Assembly (NCBI GenBank): GCA_030704615.1
Contig: CM060731.1
Span: 31,310,001 to 31,374,000 of the forward strand
Reading direction: 5' to 3'
Origin: Takakia lepidozioides
Lineage: Eukaryota > Plantae > Bryophyta
DNA: 64,000 nucleotides
In this document: piece after piece, positions 39,293-52,352 of the stretch
How positions within the stretch are numbered: position 1 is the first letter of the stretch
Layout: every line of letters begins with the position of its first letter
Translations under genes and position numbers: made by a program
Notes under the pieces: generated by a model
Databases searched by the model: none
The model's input: the letters and a program-made list of their open reading frames with translations, nothing else
Told to the model about the DNA's origin: nothing

Positions 39293-42200
39293 ATGACATG
39301 TCGGGGGTTCCTTCAGTGCACTCTAAAGCTGCTTAACTTTTTTCTAGCGCTGGTCGGGGCAGGCATGATACTATATTCTCTATGGATGCTTAAAGAGTGG
39401 CACTCCGACTCTCCTCCCACCTCACAAGCACCCTCTCCTGCCCCTTTTCCATTGGCATATCATGTCCCAAAAGTTGAAGGTGGAAACTTGCATTCTGCTG
39501 GCTTGGAGAAGACTGAAATAGGCGCGGAACAGCTTGGAAGACCCTTCTTGTCTCTTGAGAAGAAGAGCCTTACACTTCCTGACCTGCCTGCACCCTGGTA
39601 AGTTGTATGGCATGTAAGATGTGGCATTTGCTTGAGAGGATGCAAATGTCGCAGTAGTATGGGGAGGCGGGGAACAAATAATTGAAACACTGTTGGTCAG
39701 TGGAAAGTAAGCCTAGGGCTTCTTCGAATTCGTGAAGGTTTGGATTCGCCTCCAAAATACCCACTGCTTGACTTGTTCCATGAAGTTGAAATTTCTAGAT
39801 TTCCTTCGACGTTTTCCTACCATTAATACCCTCACTGTGTCGATCCTCCCACCCTACTTATTTGATTCTGGGTCCGAGGGACGGAGATGTCCTCGTTGAT
39901 CATTCCCTGTGAGTGCGGGCAGGGTTCCTGTGGATACGAACCCTTCTGTGACAAAGGCGAAAGTCCGAGTACAGGCAATTGTGAGCTCTCCTGCTGGAGA
40001 GCATGCATGTCAGTCTGAGATTGGGGGCTCCTCACCTTGAACGTTCGTTGAATTGACCTTTCTGAAGCTGTCAAAAGGCTAAAGATCCCGTTATTGAAGA
40101 ATGGGTGTGTGCAGGTTCATCTATGCATTTATGGGTGCAGGAATCATCACATGCCTAGTCACGTGCACAGGCCACATTGCTGCGGAGACCAGCCATGGCT
40201 GCTGTCTAACTTGTGTATCCTCCTTAAATCTATATACAGTCACCGCCTACTAAATTCTCCATCTCGCACAGTAGGTATCTTGGTGGTGTTGTATCATGAA
40301 GCATGGCCATTACAGTAGTGGTTGCAGTGAAATCTTCTATGTAAGTTCCACACATAATATCCTTGAGCGAGGCTTAGACATTATTTGAGCTGGAGAAAAC
40401 CTCTAGCCACTGAAAGTACTGCCCAATTGAACTGTGAATGTTGAGCTGTGGGTTCCTCCTGATGACACTACCATACTCACCTGTATTCTTCGGAGCCGGG
40501 CACACGAATAGCTTTTGTATATGCACTGGTTTCGTCATGAACCGTACCAGTCATGCCCTTACAGCTAATCTGCAGGCATACCAACTCTGCTGGCAAGGTT
40601 GGGAAATGAAGACTTTGGTCTTAATTTTGTTCAGGCTTACGGTTGTTTTGATCAAAGTAGTATTTTCCTTAATGAACTTGCAGTACACTCTGTTACAGAT
40701 CTTACTGCTGTTGGCCCAGTTTGCATTTGCTGGAGCTATTTTCTTTGACCATCACTGGCGTGAGGTTAGTGTTCAAAGTAAATAGTCTCTCACTCCTCCC
40801 CCACATCCCCTGAGCTCGCCTTGTGCCTTACATGTTTTTCTTTCATGTGCCTTACATGTGATTATGTTCCCTTCCTGCTCGAGCCTCATTCTGTCTGCTG
40901 TTCCCTTGGACCTACAGCGGTGGTATCTCTCTCTAGGAGACAAATTTAGATAGTTTCATTGAGATGATTGTCTTTGGGATGACATGGTGTCTTTGCAACT
41001 GTGCAGGACATTCCAGATGAACCCACGGGGGAGCTCGACAAAATCAAACGTTTTGTGGAGGAGAATTTCAATATTTGCAAGTGGGTTTCCTTGGCGGTTG
41101 TGATTATTGAGGTAAGAAATCAACTGAACTGATGCAATTAGTTCACCCTTTTGTTGCTCACTGTAATACCAGAAGTCACAGGGCCTTCATCTATATAGTC
41201 TTAACCCAGTGCAGTCTTGAAGTACTGCATTCTCAGCTACAGTGCATTTCAGAGCATGAGAGATGCAGTAAAAAAATGTTTATGTAAGTGGTGAGACTGA
41301 TGAAAGCAGCTGAGCTTGTTAGTCCAGACTGGCCTTTGCATGTAGAAACCACCCCTGACTGTGGGCAGTACCTTATCTCGGGAGGGGAAGTGACTCTTAT
41401 TTATGCTGGCTGCGGCGGGAGTCTTCTCTTTCTCTCCACCTTTGGATGGTTCATCATCTTATTGTCAGATCGGTATCAAATAACTAGTTAGTTTTGATGA
41501 TTACACAGTACTTTATATTTGTTTTACTATTTTGAACTTCTAAGCAAGACTCCCCAATTTTATCAGCTCACTGTTGTGGGAATCAAAAGTTTGTAAGACT
41601 GGGTATTTTCTTTCAACAGGCCCTTGGATTGCTAGTTGCTATGACGCTCCGCGCAATTTCTGGTAATTCAAGGAAGGGGTATGATAGCGATGATGACTAC
41701 TTGGCCCCCAGGTCAAGTGCCCGACAGCCTCTGGTCAACCGCCAGGCTAATCAGGCTACTTCAACCACTCCTGTGGGAACTCCTGCTGAAAACCGCCCAG
41801 CACGAAATGATGCATGGAGCACAAGAATGCGAGAAAAGGTAACAGTTAGCAACATCTTCTAGACCATTTGTACCACCTGTCAGTAAAAGAACTGCTACCT
41901 AGCACCAGATTTACAATCCAAATGAACTCGTATCCTGTATTACATGATATTTTCATCTGCATGTTGTCAGTATTGCAGATATGAATTTGCATAGCACCCT
42001 TATCAATTAAGCAGTGACGAAGGGAGTATCCACTTAGCATTCTACCTGGCCTTTGTGTCCTCAGGAGAATGCTGATGTGATGCTGTCTTCGCCGCTGCAT
42101 TATGGACAAAAAGTGATTGGCAGATTTCATCTGCATTCCTGACAGAAATTAGATTGGGAAAAATTGGAATGTGTTGCTGTTTGTGGGATATGCAACTCTA

Positions 42201-42673
42201 GCTGATGGAATCTATCATGGACTGGGAGTAAAGTCCTGGAGGATGCTGATGTGCTTATTGTCTCTTTTCTGTAAAGGCTGGTCATGACATAGCTTGTGCA
42301 CGCTTAACCCTCCTGAAACCAGTATGGTTTCTCAGTCCATCAGGGCATTAAGCCCATCAGGAAATCTCTCATACATGGGCAACGTCAGACTATAGCAAGG
42401 CTGTCCAGTACGTTGAACTAGAAAGCACAATGTTGGATTGCTTCTGCACACCTCTCTGCTTGGCATATTAGTCACACATGTACTTCTGACAAAGTGATCT
42501 TTTCAGTGCTCTGTCAATGAAGCAATAACTTGTTAAACTGGGATATGTTGTCTATGCAGTATGGGTTGGACACAGCTGAGTTCACGTACAATCCTTCCGA
42601 GTCAAGGCGATTTGGGCAGCAAAATCCAGCACCTGCCACTGAGGAAAAGCAGAGTCGCTGCACTATTATGTAG
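39293..42673 (+). CDS. TOM2A: Tobamovirus multiplication protein 2A-like tetraspanin, 6 exons
   Basis: [18 protein letters not shown]... Exons ~39293-39597, 40115-40214, 40684-40764, 41007-41111, 41620-41838 and 42560-42673. Motifs [31 protein letters not shown], and C-terminal CaaX RCTIM*. Confidence 0.93.
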
Positions 42674-44349
42674 ACTCCCCCCGCGTGTTCGCTTTTCCCA
42701 AAGAATGTGTTTTGGACACATGGAGAGGCAGAAGTGCCTATACTGTAAGCTTTAGTGCAAGATGTCTTTAGATATGGCAGGTGTCATGGCAATGGCTAGG
42801 TTGAAATTTTTCCAGAGAACTTGAAAGACAGGATTTTTATTGTTCAGGGGGAAGAGTGGACAAGGTGTGGACAGTGAATGTGGGTATGGCTTGATAGAGA
42901 GTTATGTATATGGATGTTCTGTTCGCGAGCCTTAATCTGATGATGTTTGTGAATTTGGAGATTTTTGCTTGTTTGAGGCTATGTACAGAAATAGGGGTCT
43001 CCTAGAGCTTCTTGCGAACTTCACTCTTTAGTTATTCTGGTCTTGATATGGTTGTGTAGCCATTGCTGGTTTGGATATATGTGTGTATTTCATGGTGAAG
43101 ACACGCTCCTTTTCAACGTTGAAGGAATATGCTTGAGGTGGTCAGTTCAGTAGTGTGTACACCCTCTCAGGTGCACACCCTGTCACAGTGTGCACCTATA
43201 TGATCCAGCAACCGAAGCAGCACCACAAGTTGGCCCTGTGGGCAAAGTGAACGAACAAATGCAATTTTTGAGCCGATCAACTTTGCTACTCGAGGACTGA
43301 GAAATGACTCTGTACATAAAAAGTGAATGTAAGAGGTATCTCGAGTTCCTGACAATAGAGTTCCTGACTTTCTGTTGGCCTTCAGACAATAGTGCAAGGT
43401 GAATCATTTTTACTCTTGTTGTAAATCACACGTGGAATTATGTAGTCTTATATGAGTTGTTTTGGAGAGATTTTATGTTTCACTGTCATGTAATCTTGGG
43501 GCATGCCAGTCATGTCATGCCCTACCGAAGCACCATAAGAAGGAGCTTATGTAGATAGAAAGTTAACAACCAGCCAATTCATGAAGGCGTCTGTCCAACC
43601 TAGCCATGGGATGCAAATTGTCTTCCATAGTGATAACCAAACATCTGTAGTTCTTTGAGAATGACCAAGAAATTCAACTCTTCATTGACTGTAGAGGATG
43701 TGGTCCATGTGCTCTTTAATTCAATTCAGTTATGGCAGTATGTCAAAGCCATTGTAATTCCAGGGAGGTCATAATATGCATCCGGAGTCCCCTCTTTAGG
43801 AGGAATAACCATGTTTACCCCGCCCTCCAAAACCTAGGCCACTTGAGTGGGTGGAATTTCCACCAACCTTTTTTTCAAAAATGATGGAACCATCTTCACC
43901 ATAACCCACCACCTGGTCTCCTTGGGGGTTTAGCAACGGGGTTGGGGGAGTTGATGAAGATGGAAACATCTTGGATAGCCTCAGTTGAGAGCCACCAAGG
44001 TCCCGGTACATTCCCAATCTCTAGCCGAGATGTATGGTGGGCCATTAGCAAAGCATCATCCTCAGTACCTAGGCACTCCTCTTCATGTTGGTGCCTACAG
44101 TCTCCTTAAGCTGGCCAAGATAAACAATGAGCATTGCTGAGCTGCCAGGGATTGGGCTTTCTTCCCCTGTGTGGGACCTCAGTGGGTTGGACGGGAGTTT
44201 CTTGCAGCTCTCCTGCTGTCCATGCTGTGTGGCCCAATGATTAGCCCCGCTTCCCCTCCTGACCCAGGTCTGTCCATTTGGCATGAACAGGTCTTCATCA
44301 GCTACCCATTCACTGTATTCTACCTGGAAAGGCAGTAACCCAATTATCA

Positions 44350-44760
44350 CCACAGAGCACCACGACCCCCCAGATACCTTTGTGAGGAGCTCACTATGGT
44401 AGTGTGACTTACCTTGATAAAGACAATCAGTTGGGGTTTTCCAGGTATCCTCTAGAAAGTCCTCACACAAGCATCAAAGAGCCCAACAGGGCCAGGGCTT
44501 TAGGCTCAGCCTCAAGATTTTCAAAGTTGGTGTGGACAGAGGTACGGGGACAATGTTCTTGATGGTCCTGAAGAGGTTCACTCTCCCGTGGGAATATCCC
44601 AGACAATGTATCAAAAAATGGATGTTGTCTTCAGGCTGCCCACACATCGGGCAATCTCCTCTTCCTCTCTGCATCTGTTTGTTGTTCAAAGGTAGGCTCC
44701 CCACCCTGAGTTTAAATTTCAGTCTAGTGCGGAGGGTAGGTAGGCCATTGAGATCATCAT
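44350..44760 (-). mobile_element. Older RTEX-like LINE 3' fragment
   Basis: TRLKFKLRVGSLPLN..CPMCGQPEDNIHFLIHC, homologous to 45060-45490. Confidence 0.85.
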
Positions 44761-44774
44761 TTAAGGAGAGGGAA

Positions 44775-44991
44775 TGTACTCATGTGACATTGTTTGCCAT
44801 AGCCTTGTGGCCATTACCGCGCCCAGTTTGAGCTGAACACGAAGGCACAGAAACTACCTTTGTCAGGGGCTGACGCCGGTAGTATGACTTACCTTGAAAT
44901 AGACAATTGATCCAAGTTTTCCAGATATCCTCTAGAAATCCCTTCACACAAATATCAATCTGCTGTGTGTGATTTGCCCAATAACTAGAGA
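44775..44991 (-). mobile_element. Short 3' copy of the RTEX-like LINE
   Basis: WANHTQQIDICVKGFLEDIWK plus 3' UTR ending ...ATGAGTACA. Confidence 0.85.
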
Positions 44992-47208
44992 TTGTACTCA
45001 TAAGACGTTGTTTGCCGTAGCCTTGTGGCCATTGACCCCGCGCCCAGTTTGAGCGGGAACAAAAGGGACAGAACCTACCTCTGTCAGGGGCTGACGTTGG
45101 TAGTGTGACTTACCATCATATATAGAATTAATCTGGGTTTTCCAGATATCCTCTAGAAATCCCTTCACACAAGCATCAATCTGCTGTGTGTGATTTGCCC
45201 AAAAACTAGGCCTCAGGAGGGCCTGGGCTTTTGGCTCAGCCTCGAGACTTTCAAAGTTGTTAAACAGGGGTACAGGCACAATTCCCTTGATAGAATTGAA
45301 GAGAGCGTCTCTTTGGTGAGAGAACCCCGGACAGTGTATCAGAAAGTGAATACTGTCTTCAGATTGCCCACACAGCGGGCAATTGCACTCTCCCTTTCCT
45401 CTCTGCTTCTGTTTGCTGTTCAAAGGTAGGCTTCCTGCCCTGAGTTTAAATTTCAGTCTAGTGCCGAGAGTGGGTAGACCCTTGAGGTCATCCAAGATGT
45501 CCTCCCCCATGTCACTGACTGGAAACAAGTTCAGGGAAGTTAAGAGTCAATTAACTTAGGATATCTGGTGTTGGGCATATGTTGCAGCTGACCCCACCAT
45601 CTGACCTTGAATTCATCTCGTCGGGAGCTTAAGGACGGAATGCCAAACTCACCCCGAACAGCCACATTGACTGTTTTGGAGCATGCTGACATACACTCCT
45701 TAAGCACCCCCACTTGAATGGATTCTAGAGACTTAGCCTGGTTGGAGTTATCAACCCAAATTGCAGATCCGTACTCCAAGGCAGGTCTAATAACGCGACA
45801 AAGCATGGTTTTCTTAACCTCAGAGTTGACCCTCTGCAGTGGAAAAATTTAGTGAGCCCCAGAGCTTTGCCCTTGCCAGTTTGAACAACTTTCTGGATAT
45901 GTGCATCCCAATTACAATTGGAGGAAAACTCCACGCCTAGGTAAGTGTAGGAAGGGAGGACCGGATCTCTTGGCTACCCCACTGCCACTTAAGATCACTT
46001 CCTCCCTCTCCTGTCGTTGAATGCTACCACTGCACATTTGCTGACATTAGCCTCTAACCCCCAAAGATCAAAGTATCTCTTCGCGCAATCAATCAACTCC
46101 TGGAGGTTGGTTGGAGTCTCCCCTATGCCTGCGAAGTCATCCGCAAACATAAGGGCTGGTATGGTGGTATCACCCACCCTTAACCCAAATCCCTCACTTT
46201 CCACATCCTCGAGGAGTTGATTGATGAAAACATTGAAGAGCAGAGGGGAGAGAGTACATCCTTGAGCTACACCTTGGTCTATGTCAAAGAAGTTGGACTT
46301 CTGTCCGTTAACAGTGACACAGTTTTTGGTGTGAGCATACAAGTTGTGGACAACTCTCCATGCCTCTATCATGGGATCACCACCGTGCTTGATAAGCTCG
46401 TTGACAATACCATCAGGTCCACCAGCTTTATATCCATTTAAATGTTCAATTGCTTCCACAATCTCAGAAGAACTAATGGGAGCGTTATAAGCCATTGAAA
46501 TATACTCCAGTTCATCAGGGCTGTTTTGAATCATAGGAACAGTTTTTCCAACTGTGTCCCTCCATTCAGCAGAAGACCCCTCAGTGTTAGACCTAGAAGT
46601 TCTGCCAAGGATACTGTAGTGAGTTTCAAAGGTTTTGACAATGTCAACCGATGAAGTCACCACTGCACCTTTAGTAGTCTTCAGCGCTTGTACTTGCTGA
46701 CCGTTTTTTGGCTTGTACAAATGTTGAAGGGCCAACCAGAATTTCTTGTCATTACCACCATGGTGGTTTGAGTTTATTTCACTGTATAACTTGTCCCAGT
46801 ATAATTTCTTCTGAGACCTAACAAGCTGATTGATATCTTTACGGAGCTGGTAGTACCTCGCCCACAATTCTCTGTTGGTTTTCAAATTGCAGCACTCTTT
46901 ATAGAGGGCTCGTCTCTCAGCTATCTTGAGTTTAATCTCAATGGTCCACCAATTAACAGCTCTACCGCAGACAATTAGTTTCCTCCCAATGATCTTGTCA
47001 GCCACGGAGGAAACGAAACTCTCCCAAGAGTCCACTGCTCTTTCGACTTCATTTCTTGCATTGTCAGAGCGAGATTGAAGTTCTTGGAGCGATTGGACAA
47101 AATGAGGGAGAGCCTCTTGCAAGGCCTGGACGTACTCAGCCTTGACCTCCTCATTATGGAATTTTTCTATGCGCCACTTCCGAATCGAACGTTTCACAGA
47201 TCTCTTGG
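44992..47208 (-). mobile_element. 5'-truncated RTEX-like non-LTR retrotransposon (RT + C-terminal zinc finger), frameshifted and internally deleted
   Basis: KAGGPDGI, GVAQGCTLSPLLFNVFIN, LMFADD, ANVSKC, YTYLGV, RPALEYGS, CPLCGQSEDSIHFLIHC. Flanked by the 14-bp direct repeat CCAATAACTAGAGA (44978-44991, 47209-47222). Confidence 0.92.
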
Positions 47209-47217
47209 CCAATAACT

Positions 47218-47243
47218 AGAGAGAGAGAGAGAGAGAGAGAGAA
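47218..47243. repeat. (GA)n microsatellite
   Basis: Seen directly at the LINE junction. Confidence 0.95.
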
Positions 47244-47986
47244 TGAGTAACCTGGAAGAGAGAAAGAGGACGTACCGCTAGCTGGGAGCGGTGGTTCTGA
47301 CCACTACATTTGGGCTATGCTGATTCCCCTCCTGTTGCTTGGGTCCACTCCTGCAAAAGAGCGTATCAATCTCAGTACTCATCACTCCTGCCATCTTTTA
47401 TGCGGTAGAAATGTGCCGCGAGTCCCTAGAATATCAAACAGCTCCTAATTACTCATGCCCCCTCTGGCTGGGTGATTACATAATGCCCCATAGACCTTTG
47501 CAGATTTGAATCCAGGACCAAATACAGGATGGCCACTGGGACAAAAATTGGAAGCTCTCCTTGTCTGAATAAGTTAGTCCATTCTGCTGTGGTTTCATGT
47601 CCTTCACCATGTCTGTCTCATCTTACGCATTAACTACAATTCCTTGGACGTACACCAGCACTGTGACAATCTCAGGCTGCCTTCCATACCCTAGTGAGAC
47701 AAGATACTGCAACAAGTGGCTCCAGCAGGGATAATATGCCGGGGCCGAAGTGCTGAAGGATCCGTCATACCAATCATTCACAGGAAATAGTCCATCAATA
47801 TATCGCTATCCTCCTCTGACCAATAAGAAGTCTCAAGGATGAAGCTCAGAATCTGGACAAAGGGAGCACCTCATGCTAAACTTCAGACATGCATTCGGAA
47901 GCTATCCGAATAAAAGTCTGTGGTCTTGACTTCTGCAGGCCGCTCACTAAGTAGCAAACCAGTAAGATCATCATGCATAGCAGTGA

Positions 47987-50900
47987 CTAGCTGCAACAAC
48001 TCCCACTCAATTCATCAGCTTCTATGAGTGGATGTGGATTCATGCCCATGAAAATGGGCATATGCTTTATATGAGTATCCTTTTGTGGACATAACAAGAA
48101 GCTTAAGCCACAATGTTGGCTAGCACCCAAGAGATAGAGGTAAAAAATTAGGAAATGCTGGATTCCTTCCAGAACCTTTTCATGAGGATGTCCTCCGCCT
48201 TGAATAACACCAGAACCAAACTTGCCCTGTCTTCGAGCAATCTGTTTCAACCGTGCACCTAGAACAGCAAGTTTTCCTTGCGATGCCAGTAAAGGCTTAT
48301 ACAACATAGTTGTGCCTGGAAAAGCCATGAGCTTTAGTTCTATGACAGTCCTTTTCAGACAGCTGTCCATAGGTCGAAAACTGAATGGCCCCATCCAGGT
48401 CTCCAACAATTCAGGAACTGCCGGTAGCACCAATGCCTCTACACCTACCATTTGCAACATCTGCATCAGATGGAAACAACACAGCCACAAGGTTCTTGAG
48501 TCCTGAGTGAGGAACATATCAGAAACAATGAAACTTTATGATGGCCACCAGGAGCCCTAAGGCGAGTTCTTCATCTATACAACTCTACTTCAAGCACCTG
48601 GAGAAACACAAGCAACTCACTACCTTTTCAACGGCCTGCACAAGGCGCCGGCACATCCCCTGGCGACGGTACTGGAAACGTGTACCAATCAAGGGCATTT
48701 CTGCCAGTCGTGCTCCATGGGCTCTGCAGAAGCCACTATCTTCTTAGGAATAACACTACACCACCAAGCCCAACATCTGCTAACATTTGGTAGAGGAGAG
48801 CTCAAACTTTCAACACCATCTCCCTAATAATGACTTGGAAAGTGACAGTTTGACAATGAAGGCGTGCACCAAGGCTGGGAAGTACCTTACTGTTGCTACA
48901 GACATAATTTCATCGCCTTTCTCTAACAGAATGGTGTAAAACCCACGGAAGTTTAGACGCTGTATTGCAGACCTGCCCACAACCACACAGACAACTTAGT
49001 AAAAGACAGGACGCCATAGGCATAGGAAACATCACCAGCATTGCAACTTAGCAAGGATGAAACAAAACTGCCAGGGTCAGGTTCTGAATCTTACCCTCGA
49101 TTGTAGAGAGCGTGGGCAATCAGATCCACATTCATGCATGGATCGATCATAGGCTTGAAGCACTCTTGCATCACACTCAAAGCCATCACCAATTTGCTTC
49201 CATGTTCCACCAGTACCTCCCTGTCAATCCGAGACTCGAGTTCTGGGTCTTCGTCCGGGGAGCGCACCAATGTCCATGAGAACCCGTCCCTCAGGATATT
49301 CGTGATACCAACTAGGCTTCGCAGGCCAGTGTACACCTGCATCACCACTCTCTCTTATCCCGTCTCAATAACCCAAACAAGGAAATAAATCTTTGCTAGA
49401 TTGTATCCCTTCAAATCCATGTTTGAGTGTGTGGGTGCAGTACAACGTCTCCCGACACTGCCTTGCTTCAAAACTGAAGAATGGGAATACCCTTTTCTGA
49501 TTTGTGAGAAATACTTTACGTTGAGTTTTGCTAATGTACCTTTGCACAAGAAAGGCAACATAGCCAAGTATCATGAGGACGGTAGTCCGTGTGGGGCAGG
49601 CGTCCAGCTGGCACGCACTTCACATGGTCTGTGACACAGCCCAGCAAGAGGTTAGAAATCTTTCTCCTTCAGCTATATAGATTTAGATTGTCCTGGTGTA
49701 TAGTCCCAGTGTCCCTCCTTTAAATGCCCGCCAGATGGGGTGGTCCCAATTTCCATCTACCACACAAACGGCAGCCAACAGTCACTTACAGTGACGTCCG
49801 CACTGTTCGCAAAAGAGTGCTGACATGGGGTTCGGCCATTGACAATCCCCGCTGAATTGCCTTTTACCACAGGTGGCACACCGACAGTCAGGACAGTACC
49901 ACTCCCCATCAGGAACAACCTGAACAGCAAACACCCCAAAATTTCATATTGAAAGTGAGAAATGTCAGCACACGAACACACAGAGCGCATATCAACCACA
50001 AAAAGGATTCTCATTCATCTCATGTCAGTGATCTTGCAAACACTGGACCCCGAGTCCATGGAAATTACATGAAATGATTGGTCACGAGCGAACAAAAACC
50101 AGGGCACAGTATTCTAGAAGAGATGAGCAACCTCCAAGTTAACGCAAGTTAAATGGAATGTTGAGGGACAATGATCACAGCAAATAAGATCTCCACCATC
50201 GCCGCATACTCCACAGATATCATCACTGTTGTCTACAACACTTGCATCATTGTCTATGGCACTTGTGTCCCCAGCCCATGTGTCATCACTCTTGTCTCCA
50301 GCCCATGTGTCATCACTATTGTCTCCGGCACTCGAGTCATCATTCTTGTCTAAGGCATTCTCCTCCAGCTTCAGAGATCTACCACGCCTCCTCCCCAAGA
50401 CTTTCCAGGAATAAGAAGACCATGACCCCATAGAAAAGTTTTGTTTCTTGAGAGCTTCCATTTGGCACTCTGTAAGACTCCTGCCATCTTCCAAGTAAAT
50501 ATTTGAACAAGGGTGTCTGACCTTACTGCCACAATGAAGCTCAAATGCACAGAGAGTCACTATCTCATTGCAGTGCCCACATAAGACTCCGTCATGAGTC
50601 ACCTTGCCATCAAGCTCTAGATTTTTGTGTCGGTGTCTGTAGGTCACTTTCTGGCCCCTCGCCAGCATGCCAATATCAATTAGCCATGAGAGGATATTCT
50701 TCTTGGCATACACAGTTTCTGCCATGGCCTGCCCCTCCCTTGATGTTGGATCAGGAGCAGAAAGTATCACCTCCTTGCGGAAACCCACACTCTTCCTTAC
50801 TTTCTTGCCCCTTTTTCCTGGAGCAGGGGAACCTTTCAGCGGCACTCTACTCGTAGGTGTTCCACTTTGTGGCGAATGTGGTGGGCTCATCTCTCTTGCA

Positions 50901-52352
50901 ACTTCCACTTTCTCAGAGGGCGTCCACTTTCTTTTCTTGCACTTATTTCCCACATTTGGACAACCAATGTTACCGTATGACCTCTTCCTTATAAACTTCC
51001 CTCTTTGCCGATGACCAGTTTTCTCATCAGATTGTTGGCGCGAACTTCTCCGCTTCATGGGATTTCCTAGGTTCTCCACAGTGTCTTGCACATATGAAGG
51101 ATCGGTATCGCTCACAACTGGAGAGATAGGCCCACCAAAGCCTGACATGTGTGAAGTATCATCACCAATTGGGTCTGCTTTCACAGGCAAGAGCCTGGAT
51201 TTCTTTCTCTCAACATTTTTTCCCTTTTCAACTCTGCGCTTTAGTGATGTTGCTTCTTCATTGCTGCAGTCCTTCCTCTTTAGCCATGTGTCCAAAAGCT
51301 CATTATCAGAGTCGACTTCCACCTTCATAGGCTTCAATTCCTGTTCCATGCAACCCTTTATTCTCCCGGGGTTGGGTCGCTTCAACAGATTCCTGTAGCC
51401 TTTCAAACTCCATTGGCCTGTCACATCATCCCAGACTTGTCCTACCCGCACATCGTCCATGATGCATGTCTCATGAGAATCCTCATCAGGGAAGAAAACT
51501 CGTATTGGGGGTCCGGATGCCAGCGAGGTGATGTCTTCTTCAAGGACACCCTCCCACCAGGCATCCTTCCAGTGCACGTCAACACAGAGGCCCTTCACGA
51601 AGGGTGGTGGATCGTTGACAGGTGGGGGAGGAGGTCTCAGCCGAAGAAGAGGTTTTTGGCACACTATGGCAGCCTTTAGAGAAGATACATCCGTTGCACC
51701 CACTCCTTTCCCCACAGGGACGCAGAGGCCCTTTCCCTTGGGAGGAGGGTCATAGGCAAGCAAGGGACGCGATCTCAGCCAAAGACAACGCTTTTCATCC
51801 ACACCTTTCCCCACAGGGAATTTGCCCACAAGCTTGTCCTTGGTTTTACCATCACGGAGAAGCTGCTCAAACTCAACCTCCCTGATACCTGGCAACACCT
51901 TCTTCACCACTGCAGGATGCCATGAGCCTCGAAGCCCATGGTCAATCAGCAATACCTGCAAACAAGCCCTCCTTTGTCATCACACCTCTCTCTTTCCTCA
52001 AAATCTGACGCCATTGCTTGGCTACAATCAGGAAAAATGACAGGATTCAAAGACCCATGCATCCCAGATGCATTCCAGTTGGTTTAACAGCAACGCCTCC
52101 ATATGCATGCCTTCCTGTGGAAAAGAGGAGACCAATACATGCCTTCCCATTTCTGCCATGTCATAGAAAATGGGAATACTACATTGCATGAATTCACAGC
52201 CACCTGTGCGAAATCTGCCGAGAAAAAGACCAACAAATGTGGAAAAGCAAAGAGATTCTAAGAGCAAAAACCTCAACACGAGCGCCTTTGCCAAGCTTGT
52301 TCGTATCGTCGTCTGCAACCCGCCTCACCGTCCTTCGACGATCCCGACTCAT
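47987..52352 (-). CDS. Agenet/Tudor + Tify-binding-like + PHD fingers + GNAT acetyltransferase protein (IDM1-like family); 3' end uncertain
   Basis: Exons 52272-52352 (..KLGKGARVE) and 50132-51955 ([13 protein letters not shown]; [15 protein letters not shown]; ILSWLID; [14 protein letters not shown]; [27 protein letters not shown]), then [82 protein letters not shown]. Confidence 0.9.

Noticed and set aside
43169-43197. Hairpin AGGTGCACAC..GTGTGCACCT downstream of TOM2A
   Set aside because: A single 10-bp stem with no family context. Could be chance or a MITE remnant.
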